Positions 10,130 to 18,238 of a stretch of DNA of 64,000 nucleotides are shown here, in pieces. The notes under the pieces are model-generated. The model searched no databases and had not been told where the DNA came from. It saw nothing but the letters and a program-made list of their open reading frames with translations. The position numbers and the translations under genes were made by a program. The stretch lies in the sequence record NC_031245.1. One strand, given 5' to 3'. Numbering within the stretch: position 1 is the stretch's first letter; each line of letters opens with the position of its first letter.

Positions 10130-10446
10130 GTGAGAGGATTCTGGAATGACAACGATGGGTTTCCATCAGGGAGTTCATATACATTATGTTCTCCCTCTCC
10201 TACCTTTGTATGGTAGGACTAATGAGTTATTGCATGATTCAAGGGATTAAGATAAGCAATCAATATATCGATATCTTTCAAATCATGACTTATCCAATAC
10301 TCGTCATACTCGGCGGAGAATTCACTAACAATATCGCTGAGGTACTAAAGAATCGTCCTCGATCTCGTAAATCAAAAGCTAAAGTCAGTACTGAAGTAGT
10401 TGATACCGAAGTTACTGAAGACCAAACATCATCCAATGGATATTAA
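10130..10446 (+). pseudogene. Small membrane (holin-like) gene with an apparent 1-nt frameshift at GGGTTTCC (10157-10164)
   Basis: GGAGG RBS + GTG gives MRGFWNDNDGF, which stops at 10216; shifting -1 continues SIREFIYIMFSLSYLC... into ORF 10186-10446 with two TM segments. Confidence 0.55.
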
Positions 10447-10463
10447 ATGAAGGGACTGGTAGT

Positions 10464-10892
10464 ATGATACGTGAAATCTTAATAGCAATTGGCATAGCAA
10501 TAGTAGTGGTAGGTGCAATTATAGCTTTAATCAAGATTCCTAGCAATAGACGTAAACAGTTGATTGGAATCGGTAATGCAATCGTAGGAGCGGGAGATTT
10601 ACTTCAGTTACTAGGAGTGCCTACTGGTGTCATTAACTTAATTCGTACTTATGCTCAGGAAGTAGTTATAGCTATAGAGCAGACATCAAAAGAATTATCA
10701 GGTACAGAAAAGAAAGAGTTAGCCATGAAAGAGTTGAAAGTCATATTAAGTCAACTATCTAAAGTGGAGAAACTCGAAGGTTATGATTTCTCAGTCCTTA
10801 ATGATAAAATCCTTAGTGTAATCATCGAGTCTTGTGTATTCGTAATGAACACTGAGTATTTGAAACAAGCTGAGAAGTACATTAAGAAATAA
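10464..10892 (+). CDS. Phage holin, LL-H-like
   Basis: N-terminal TM segment; YAQEVVIAIEQ..LSGTEKKELA..IIESCVFVMN pattern resembles LL-H family holins. Confidence 0.6.
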   Translation: MIREILIAIGIAIVVVGAIIALIKIPSNRRKQLIGIGNAIVGAGDLLQLLGVPTGVINLIRTYAQEVVIAIEQTSKELSGTEKKELAMKELKVILSQLSKVEKLEGYDFSVLNDKILSVIIESCVFVMNTEYLKQAEKYIKK

Positions 10893-10896
10893 TGAT

Positions 10897-10929
10897 AAAA
10901 AGAGGTAGGTTCAATGACCTACCTCTTTT
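10897..10929. terminator. Bidirectional intrinsic terminator
   Basis: AAAAAGAGGTAGGT-tcaatg-ACCTACCTCTTTT between convergent genes. Confidence 0.85.
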
Positions 10930-10933
10930 AATG

Positions 10934-11266
10934 TTATTTATCTGAAGTCTTATTAGCAACTCCAGTAATTTCCTCAGCAGTTTCCTTAGCAACGACGTCA
11001 GAAGCTTTCTCAATCAACTTCTTAACTTTCTCGTCAATTTCCTCCTGAGTAATAATTCCCTTCTCAATTAGAAGTTCACTAACAGCAGACGTATGTAATG
11101 AAAGCATGTTAATCATATTGTATACGTTATTTACATCCATGTTGTTTTGCTCAACGATCATAATTAACTGGTTCAGCACTTTACTATCCTCAGGCAATGC
11201 CTTCTTGATAGCCTCCATTTGTAATGCTCTACGTTCTCTTTTAGTCATTCTAGGTGTTTTCTTCAA
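10934..11266 (-). CDS. Hypothetical protein
   Basis: GGAGG RBS; 110-aa helical ORF. Confidence 0.7.
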   Translation of the reverse strand: MKKTPRMTKRERRALQMEAIKKALPEDSKVLNQLIMIVEQNNMDVNNVYNMINMLSLHTSAVSELLIEKGIITQEEIDEKVKKLIEKASDVVAKETAEEITGVANKTSDK

Positions 11267-11283
11267 GTTAAGTCCTCCTAAAA

Positions 11284-11682
11284 TTATGAACCTATCATAA
11301 TGAATTTTGTGTCGAGTACAATGGTGTCATCTTCAATAATAAAATTAATAACCTCACTACCACCAGTTAGAAATGTGTTACCTAACCAAAGTGAAGGTTC
11401 GATATTTCCTGCAAATAGTTCAGGAACGATAGATATTACTCTTTTAGCTTGATTACGCTCATGCAATTCTCTCAGTTGAGAAATATGACCTATAGTGTCT
11501 GTAGTACATTGGACTGAACGACCTTCCGCATTATCTGTAGCATAAAGTCCGTTACCTGTAACTGCTAAAATTAGGTATTGCATATCGAAATATGCTGACT
11601 CGCGATAAGCTACTCGCACTTTGGTACGAGAGCCTAGTCCATTCTCGCGAGCAAAATTTAATAAGTCACTAAAGGATTTCAT
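11284..11682 (-). CDS. Hypothetical protein
   Basis: GAGAGGTG RBS before ATG (MKSFS...). Confidence 0.65.
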   Translation of the reverse strand: MKSFSDLLNFARENGLGSRTKVRVAYRESAYFDMQYLILAVTGNGLYATDNAEGRSVQCTTDTIGHISQLRELHERNQAKRVISIVPELFAGNIEPSLWLGNTFLTGGSEVINFIIEDDTIVLDTKFIMIGS

Positions 11683-11730
11683 AAAATGCACCTCTCTTAG
11701 TATGTCTGAGTTGGATCTGAGGTATGTGAA

Positions 11731-12501
11731 TTATACTCCTGCTGTTGACATGCCTTCCAATCTGCGTAGTTTCTTAACTAGCTCGACTCTACTTTCTAAG
11801 CTAGCATTTTTAGGCATAGGATAGATTTCTACTTCTAAAGTAGGTCTACCCCAATCCAATGCCTTGGATACAGTGGGCATGTATACGTCGATCTTCCCAT
11901 TATGGATAGCTCCACCTCGGTCAAGTGTAATAGTCCATCCAATACCTGGTATTCTAACTATTGTACCCATTGGGTAATCCTTACCAAGTGCGATAACTCC
12001 TTCGAATACATCGATACCTGAAGACGTCTTACCGTAATCAGGATCACCAGGAGACTTTCCTGTAGATTCAGGTCCAGCAGTATATGCTGTCACTACTTTG
12101 GTCGACTTAATAGGTTGACCTAATGATGCAGGACGTATCTCAGTCTTACCTCTGGATACAGTAACTGAATCGTCAGGTGAATTAGCTTTCACCTGCTTCT
12201 TTAATTTGATTAACTCCTGTCTACGAGATTCAATATTCTTCTTCAAGGAATCAATCTCTTCTTTAGAAGATTTCAGTTGTTTGTTAGAAGTTTTCAGATC
12301 ACCACTTAGTTTCTTGATGACTGACTTCTTTTCTTCAAGTTGAGTGTTGAGCTCAGTCTTCTTTGATTCTAGACTTTTAATTTGCTTATGGTAAGATTCA
12401 ATTTCATCATTTCTCTTCTCAAGCTCAACTAGTGATACACCTAGTCCTCCACCTAGTAAAATGCCTCCAGTTAGTCCTAGGGCTAGTAGCTTTCTATTCA
12501 C
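11731..12501 (-). CDS. Membrane-anchored coiled-coil protein with C-terminal 3D (cell-wall glycosidase-like) domain
   Basis: GAGGAG RBS + GTG; TM segment, coiled coil, then VTAYT..TSSG..GVIALG..PMGTIVRIPG..LDRGGAI..KIDVYM (3D motif). Confidence 0.8.
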   Translation of the reverse strand: MNRKLLALGLTGGILLGGGLGVSLVELEKRNDEIESYHKQIKSLESKKTELNTQLEEKKSVIKKLSGDLKTSNKQLKSSKEEIDSLKKNIESRRQELIKLKKQVKANSPDDSVTVSRGKTEIRPASLGQPIKSTKVVTAYTAGPESTGKSPGDPDYGKTSSGIDVFEGVIALGKDYPMGTIVRIPGIGWTITLDRGGAIHNGKIDVYMPTVSKALDWGRPTLEVEIYPMPKNASLESRVELVKKLRRLEGMSTAGV

Positions 12502-12684
12502 ATCATTCTCCTCTTTCGGTTTGGATTTCGTATGCAATTCTTTCTAGCAATACGATAATACATTTTCAGTAGGATAAAATATCCTATCCTGTGTATACAG
12601 TTTGCTAGCGAGCCATTAATAATAATAGTATTAATTATTAATTAATGTCTCACTATGGAATCACAATCAAATCCAACTCGAAGA

Positions 12685-12713
12685 TATAAACGTCTACTAA
12701 GCTCTAATCAAGC
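12685..12713 (-). promoter_or_regulatory. Phage promoter motif GCT-N17-ACGTTTATA
   Basis: Exact motif and spacing on the minus strand, facing the 3D gene. Confidence 0.75.
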
Positions 12714-12720
12714 TGATTAA

Positions 12721-12897
12721 TTAAGAGTAGAGAGTACTGTAGGATTGAGCTAACTGAATAACTTGTGACTCATTCAGAATTTTAGTACCCTCATTCATAA
12801 TAACTTTATAACTTCCACTATCTGGAGTTACAGTAATACCTTTTGACTGAAGAATTCTAATAGAAGTACTTAATTGTTGATCAAATGATTGTTGCAT
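12721..12897 (-). CDS. Small hypothetical protein
   Basis: GGAG RBS + ATG; about 58 aa. Confidence 0.55.
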   Translation of the reverse strand: MQQSFDQQLSTSIRILQSKGITVTPDSGSYKVIMNEGTKILNESQVIQLAQSYSTLYS

Positions 12898-12932
12898 ATC
12901 TAACACTCCATTTCAGATAAATTATAAGCATT

Positions 12933-12981
12933 AAAAAATGTAGGACTGAGAATAACTACCTAGAAACTTCTCAGTCCTACA
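12933..12981 (-). terminator. Intrinsic terminator
   Basis: 14-bp stem TGTAGGACTGAGAA/TTCTCAGTCCTACA with a T tract on the minus strand. Confidence 0.7.
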
Positions 12982-13007
12982 ATCAGCATTGAGATGAGCT
13001 CAGCAGA

Positions 13008-13292
13008 CTAATCGAATTGATTGAAATAATCACGAATGTAAGAGTCACTCCAGCACTCCTCAATTATCTCGAATCCATCTTCGAATAAAGCTGACACAAT
13101 AGTCGAACCACCAAATTCAGTATCTGGATTTGACTTAAACGAATGAGAAACTACGGCACCATGTTTCTCAAAGTATTCAGCCTTTAGGATACTAAGAATT
13201 TGGTCATCTGAGATAGGTAGTTGATAGATAGGATAAACCATCCTACCATTTTCAATTACGTATGGACGTACGTAAGAGTCTTCATGCATCAT
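13008..13292 (-). CDS. Hypothetical protein
   Basis: GGAG RBS; has its own upstream promoter motif and downstream terminator. Confidence 0.65.
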   Translation of the reverse strand: MMHEDSYVRPYVIENGRMVYPIYQLPISDDQILSILKAEYFEKHGAVVSHSFKSNPDTEFGGSTIVSALFEDGFEIIEECWSDSYIRDYFNQFD

Positions 13293-13356
13293 TAGAACAA
13301 CAACTCCGTTCCTTAGAATAATTAAACTGTCATTGAAGGAGAAAATCCCTCACGAC

Positions 13357-13385
13357 TATAGACGTCTAGCAAACGTTAGTTCAGC
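13357..13385 (-). promoter_or_regulatory. Phage promoter motif GCT-N17-ACGTCTATA
   Basis: Exact motif and spacing. Confidence 0.75.
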
Positions 13386-13395
13386 CAATTAGAAT

Positions 13396-13427
13396 AAAAA
13401 AAAGTAGGTACCTATATAGGTACCTAC
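13396..13427 (-). terminator. Intrinsic terminator
   Basis: GTAGGTACCT-atat-AGGTACCTAC hairpin plus T8 on the minus strand. Confidence 0.8.
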
Positions 13428-13439
13428 TAACGGCTGGGA

Positions 13440-13715
13440 TTAGTTTACGAGTGATAGCTTAAGATAGTATTCTGAGTTTTCATTATCGGGATTACCTAGG
13501 AATGCTACGGTTTCTGAGTCATTGTTAGCTTCTTTCAATTTAGCGAAGGCATCACCGTCAGTTGGATAAAGAAGTAGCATACCGTTACCTAATGCTCCAC
13601 CTTTGTCCATAACCATTAACTGTGTACCTGCATGGAGAGAAAGTTTATCATTCAGTTTTAACTCTTTAACCAATTCAACATTACTTCCAATTTCTAGCTC
13701 AACATAAGATGTCAT
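13440..13715 (-). CDS. Hypothetical protein
   Basis: GGGAGG RBS before ATG (MTSYVE...). Confidence 0.7.
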   Translation of the reverse strand: MTSYVELEIGSNVELVKELKLNDKLSLHAGTQLMVMDKGGALGNGMLLLYPTDGDAFAKLKEANNDSETVAFLGNPDNENSEYYLKLSLVN

Positions 13716-13772
13716 AAAAGTACCTCCCAAAAGTTGTATTATCAGTCGTAGACAGTCCCCGACCGTCAGGAG

Positions 13773-13801
13773 TATAAACGTTTAGGAAAGTTGAATAAAG
13801 C
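13773..13801 (-). promoter_or_regulatory. Phage promoter motif GCT-N17-ACGTTTATA
   Basis: Exact motif and spacing. Confidence 0.75.
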
Positions 13802-13857
13802 TACGGACACAAGAAAAGATGGCTACCTCAAATTCGAGGTAGCCATTGGGTACGGAA

Positions 13858-14106
13858 TTAAGCAGTTTTAGGAATCTGTAAAGGATGATAGAATTCAGAG
13901 CTTTTGTCGAAAGGATTAACTTGAATGAATTCAATTTTGAGTTCCTTAAACTTACGAACTGTCTTAGTTGAAACTGGCGATAGCAAATAATCATTTTGAT
14001 AAGGTTCAGATTTAAACTTAACACCTTTTGCGAAAGTATGATCTCCAACTTTCAACGGTCTAGCTAATTCAACAATTCCACCTTCAAGAACTTCTTTAAT
14101 TTCCAT
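13858..14106 (-). CDS. Hypothetical protein (possible paralog of 13440-13715)
   Basis: GGAGG RBS before ATG (MEIKEV...); similar N-terminal pattern (G..VEL...LK). Confidence 0.65.
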   Translation of the reverse strand: MEIKEVLEGGIVELARPLKVGDHTFAKGVKFKSEPYQNDYLLSPVSTKTVRKFKELKIEFIQVNPFDKSSEFYHPLQIPKTA

Positions 14107-14154
14107 AGGTACAAACCTCCAAAGAATTATTAGCGGATAAACCGCTTGCAAAAC

Positions 14155-14183
14155 TGTAAACGTTTATCGACACGGGATTAAGC
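14155..14183 (-). promoter_or_regulatory. Phage promoter motif variant GCT-N17-ACGTTTACA
   Basis: Same spacing; one mismatch in the downstream box. Confidence 0.65.
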
Positions 14184-14414
14184 TAACTTTAAGCGGAACC
14201 GTAAACGGGGCGGGGTTACGGTCAAATTTACCTTCTAGAACGTCGAAAACGGCTTATAAGAGGTTCTAAAAGTTTAGGCGAAGGGCGGTTGGCGGTGAAT
14301 CGCTACGAGCCTTCTAGGGCGTTATTAAGTTCTATCATTAGTTATTAAGTACTTAATACCAATTACTTATTCAATAAGGTAGGAATTTCTTTCAAAAATT
14401 AATTTCCATAGTTG

Positions 14415-14443
14415 GCTGGATTTACCTTTGGCGAACGTTTATA
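14415..14443 (+). promoter_or_regulatory. Phage promoter motif GCT-N17-ACGTTTATA
   Basis: Exact motif upstream of the sigma gene. Confidence 0.75.
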
Positions 14444-14604
14444 CTTGCGGTTAGGGAGGTTCTGCCCTAAAGTAAAAATTTTTGGAATAACGAAAATAAC
14501 TGTGGCTTTTTAACCGAATTAGGGGGATAATGGTCTTGTGGGGTCGAATTCGACCTTAGACTAAGCGACTTGGTTGGTTGCTAATAAAACTTGGAGGTTG
14601 AGAA

Positions 14605-15303
14605 ATGGATTTTGAAAAATCGAATATGAAGTCGAAACTTTATGACAAGGAATCTCAAGAAGAGAACGTTCCTGTAGGTGTTAATCAAATGGCGGATCTA
14701 TTTGGGGAGAAAGCTACTGAAATAGTTCGAGGTGTTGCTAGGAAGTACGGTAATCCCCAACTCGGTATCGAAGCGTGTGACTTGGAACAGGAACTTTGGT
14801 TAAAGATTCTTGAGGAAGTTGATAAAAGTGGCGGTCAAGTAATGAATGCAAGATTGACAGCTCGGACTTCATATAATAAAGCTGTGGATGTCTATCGACG
14901 TGAAAGACGAAGATGGGATAGTAAAGCTGATATGGTTTCAGATGAAAACGTATCCAAGTGGGCAATGGAAATTTGTACTCGTAAAAATCCGATGATGGCA
15001 GTTCATCCTTTTCGTCAACCTGAGAAGTTCTTGGAAATTAAGGATATGGTTGAAGAGTTTGAAGTTGGTTCAAGAGAAAGGAAATTTATCGTAATGAAGG
15101 GTTACATAGAAGGTGTCTTCGAATTAGGCGAAGCAGTCGAACTTGAACCTTCTATCGATAAGGAACGTTTAATCGGGATGGAAAGTTCTGAACATAGAAT
15201 GGCTAAGGAATTGGGTCTAAGTGGTTCAGGAAGTGGAAGTTATAGAAAGCTTAAGAGAAACGTTCGTAAGATAGTCCGTACGTATTTCGGTGATGATGAT
15301 TAA
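14605..15303 (+). CDS. Phage RNA polymerase sigma factor (sigma70/ECF-like)
   Basis: Region-2-like DLEQELWLKI...NKAVDVYRRERRR; C-terminal HTH-like RMAKELGLS. Confidence 0.7.
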   Translation: MDFEKSNMKSKLYDKESQEENVPVGVNQMADLFGEKATEIVRGVARKYGNPQLGIEACDLEQELWLKILEEVDKSGGQVMNARLTARTSYNKAVDVYRRERRRWDSKADMVSDENVSKWAMEICTRKNPMMAVHPFRQPEKFLEIKDMVEEFEVGSRERKFIVMKGYIEGVFELGEAVELEPSIDKERLIGMESSEHRMAKELGLSGSGSGSYRKLKRNVRKIVRTYFGDDD

Positions 15304-15308
15304 AACTG

Positions 15309-15340
15309 AATGGCTCCTAAGTGAGCCATTCTTTTTTTTT
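15309..15340 (+). terminator. Intrinsic terminator
   Basis: AATGGCTC/GAGCCATT stem followed by T9. Confidence 0.85.
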
Positions 15341-15375
15341 GTCATTATTAATAATCTAAGGTAGGAACCGACTTC

Positions 15376-15404
15376 GCTCGATCAAGGCTTACTAAACGTC
15401 TATA
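15376..15404 (+). promoter_or_regulatory. Phage promoter motif GCT-N17-ACGTCTATA
   Basis: Exact motif and spacing. Confidence 0.75.
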
Positions 15405-15439
15405 CTTGTGAATCGGAACTGCAAGGGAGGTCAGTCATC

Positions 15440-15823
15440 ATGGAAAATCCGAAAGTTGGAGTGGCTATTTTGGACAACGAATTGAAAGTTGTAAGTATCT
15501 CTAATAGTCACCGAGTAGGAAATCACACATACCATTCAGGTATTACTTTGAATTATTCAGAATCTTACGATACTGTAAAAGATTGTCCTATCCTTATTGA
15601 TAACTGGCAACTGCTAGCAGTTCTACCTGAACAATTCCGAGTTATAGAAATCTATAACCAGTCTGGAGTGGAGTGCTATCAGCTCCACTGTAAGATTTGC
15701 TCAGAAGCTATGATAATCAAAAATGCTTCATATCTTGTAGGACTTAAAGGAATTGAGTGTTCATGTGGCTATCGTAGAATAGGTACATCAAGAATTCAGT
15801 TTTTAGAAGAGTTGGAAGAATAA
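15440..15823 (+). CDS. Hypothetical protein with C-terminal Zn-ribbon-like motif
   Basis: GGGAGG RBS; CxxC...CxC. Confidence 0.65.
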   Translation: MENPKVGVAILDNELKVVSISNSHRVGNHTYHSGITLNYSESYDTVKDCPILIDNWQLLAVLPEQFRVIEIYNQSGVECYQLHCKICSEAMIIKNASYLVGLKGIECSCGYRRIGTSRIQFLEELEE

Positions 15824-15839
15824 GAGAGGAGTGAAATGA

Positions 15840-17813
15840 ATGGGTCAAGCAACTCAGAGTTATGATTCGAGTTCATTGAAAGTTTTAACAGATATTGACC
15901 ATATTCGTACAAGACCTGGAATGTATATCGGAGAAACCGATCATCCTAAGCATTTATTTGCTGAAGCTATTGATAATGCGTTGGATGAAACTCAATCAGG
16001 TTATTCTGAAAAGGTAGAAGTTAGGGTAGATACCAAGAAGTGTACGTATGAAATACAGGATTTTGGTCGAGGGATTCCTCACGGTGAGGTAGAAGTGAAA
16101 GACGATCAAGGTAACGTGTTACGTAAAGCTGAGGCAGTTGAAATCCTAGCGACTAAAACTAATTCAGGTGGTAAATTCGATAACGAAGCTTACAAAATCC
16201 GTTCAGGTCTTCATGGTGTAGGATTAACATGTATCAACGCATTATCAGAATTCCTTCAGATTGAAACTCGTCGTGATGGACAGGTAGTTATATTTGAGTC
16301 CGCACAAGGAGTTAAAACTTCTATATCTAAAGATAAAGTCGATAAAAACCTTCATGGGACTACTATTCGATTTAAAGGTGATGCTGAGATATTCGATTCA
16401 ATCGAAATCCCAACGGATTGGATTATAACTCGATGTAAAGTAGCCAATTCTTTAGGATTTACTGTAGAGTTGTACATCGATGGGAAACTTCAAGATTTAG
16501 GTGATAAAGGACTTCTTGAATTAGTCCCACCTAACGGTCAAGGAGTAACCACTTTGACTGATATACCTTTAGAGATTACTCTTGAGGATGGGCAAATGGT
16601 AAAGTCCGTTATCAGATACACTTCTGATACTCGTGAAGCATATCGAGGTTATACCAACCTATTATATAACTCAGGTGGCGGAACACACGTCAGAGAATTG
16701 TCAAGGGTTATTAAAGAAGCTTGGACTCCATATCGAGAAGGAACGATTATTAAATCTAACGACGTACTAATCGGACTTCGTGGTATGGTAGCTGTCTTCA
16801 TTGAAGATCCAAAATTCTCGTCTCAAACTAAAGAGAGACTCGTAGTTAAAAGTAAGCAGATTGAACCACTTTTTGATAAACTTAAGGACGAATTCTCAGA
16901 GTTCTTAAAGTCAAACGAAGATTTACGTAAAGGACTCCTCAAAAGATTTGAGGATTACCGTATGGCTCAAAATAAAATGATGGCTCAGAAGGAAATCCGT
17001 GATCTAGTTAAAGTCAGCGATTCTCTTGATGGTAAAGCTATCAGGCGTAAGTCTGTAGTTGCTGCACTTCGTGAATGTCACTCGACTGACCGAGAAGGTA
17101 CCGAGTTGTACATAGTTGAAGGTGAATCAGCGGGAGGTACAGCTATCTTAGCTCGTGATAAATACACTCAAGCGATTCTTCCACTTACAGGTAAGATTCT
17201 GAATGTAACTAAGAAGTCTATCAAAACTGCACTTAAATCTGAAGAGGTACGTAACATCGTCAATTCAGTAGGTAGTGGAGTTGGAGCTGATTCGGATGCC
17301 AATCGTTCTCGTTACGAAAAAGTAATCGTAATGTGTGATGCCGATCCAGATGGTGCCAACATAGCTGCATTAGTACTTTCAGTCTTCGTTAACATTACAC
17401 CAGATATGGTTAGACAAGGTCGAATCTACTTGGCAGTTCCTCCTCTATATGGATACCGAACTAAGGGTAAGGATAACAAAATTGTTGAGCCTGATGATAA
17501 GAGCGGACAATTCCATCCAGTTTACGATAGAAATGATCTTCCTCCAGAAGTTATCTCTAGTCGTAAGTTTGCTCGATTCAAAGGTTTGGGAGAAATGGAC
17601 GAGGACGAATTGGAAGTAGCTTGTATGTCTGAACCTACTCGCAAGTTGATCCCAATAGAATTTCCTGAAGATATTGAGGACTTCAACGAAGTTCTAAGTA
17701 GTGCAAAACGTAGATTCGTTCTTCTTCAAGGAGAAGGTGTAATCAAATCGTACCGTGATGGATATACTCTTGAGATTGAAGATGAAAGTGAAGGTGAAGA
17801 GGACTGGTCTTAA
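15840..17813 (+). CDS. Type IIA DNA topoisomerase, B subunit (GyrB/ParE-like)
   Basis: RTRPGMYIG, EAIDNALDE, GRGIP, SGLHGVG (GHKL ATPase); VEGESAGG, PLTGKILNV, CDADPDG (Toprim); RFKGLGEM. Confidence 0.95.
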   Translation: MGQATQSYDSSSLKVLTDIDHIRTRPGMYIGETDHPKHLFAEAIDNALDETQSGYSEKVEVRVDTKKCTYEIQDFGRGIPHGEVEVKDDQGNVLRKAEAVEILATKTNSGGKFDNEAYKIRSGLHGVGLTCINALSEFLQIETRRDGQVVIFESAQGVKTSISKDKVDKNLHGTTIRFKGDAEIFDSIEIPTDWIITRCKVANSLGFTVELYIDGKLQDLGDKGLLELVPPNGQGVTTLTDIPLEITLEDGQMVKSVIRYTSDTREAYRGYTNLLYNSGGGTHVRELSRVIKEAWTPYREGTIIKSNDVLIGLRGMVAVFIEDPKFSSQTKERLVVKSKQIEPLFDKLKDEFSEFLKSNEDLRKGLLKRFEDYRMAQNKMMAQKEIRDLVKVSDSLDGKAIRRKSVVAALRECHSTDREGTELYIVEGESAGGTAILARDKYTQAILPLTGKILNVTKKSIKTALKSEEVRNIVNSVGSGVGADSDANRSRYEKVIVMCDADPDGANIAALVLSVFVNITPDMVRQGRIYLAVPPLYGYRTKGKDNKIVEPDDKSGQFHPVYDRNDLPPEVISSRKFARFKGLGEMDEDELEVACMSEPTRKLIPIEFPEDIEDFNEVLSSAKRRFVLLQGEGVIKSYRDGYTLEIEDESEGEEDWS

Positions 17814-17840
17814 TCCAGTCCTCTATAAAGGAGGATAACT

Positions 17841-18197
17841 ATGTCATCATTAGAAAGTACTATCTATGATTCAGGTAAAGTTGCTCAAGTTAGCCAACAT
17901 TCTCCAGAGCTAGGTACTGTTAAGCGTTTGATAACTTTACCTCGTATTCTAGCTCAAGCCGTAGTAAGCGATTTTGATATTTACATGCAACGAGAAGGGT
18001 ATCAGTTCACTAAGCACGAAGTATCAATATTTGAGCTAGTTAGAACTGCTAACTCAACACAACTAATGACAATTGCTGAAATATTCCCTGCTGTAGTATT
18101 TGCCTACTTAGAGTGGTCAGGTTTATCACATCCAGACTTAGAATTCAAAGTAGTAGAAGGCAATTCGTTCGAAGTCAGCTCGATTGACGTTCAGTAA
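17841..18197 (+). CDS. Hypothetical protein
   Basis: AAAGGAGG RBS; lies between the two topoisomerase subunit genes. Confidence 0.7.
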   Translation: MSSLESTIYDSGKVAQVSQHSPELGTVKRLITLPRILAQAVVSDFDIYMQREGYQFTKHEVSIFELVRTANSTQLMTIAEIFPAVVFAYLEWSGLSHPDLEFKVVEGNSFEVSSIDVQ

Positions 18198-18206
18198 ACG
18201 TTTATA
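18178..18206 (+). promoter_or_regulatory. Phage promoter motif GCT-N17-ACGTTTATA
   Basis: Exact motif upstream of the topoisomerase A subunit gene. Confidence 0.75.
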
Positions 18207-18238
18207 CTTTTGGAGTTCGTGAGAAAGGAGATGGTACA

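Noticed and set aside
10157-10164. Programmed -1 frameshift signal
   Set aside because: T GGG TTT does not allow tRNA re-pairing as X XXY YYZ would and no stimulatory structure is evident; an indel is more likely
14502-14531. SigA-like promoter TGGCTT-N17-GATAAT upstream of the sigma gene
   Set aside because: Poor -35 match; cannot be supported without TSS data
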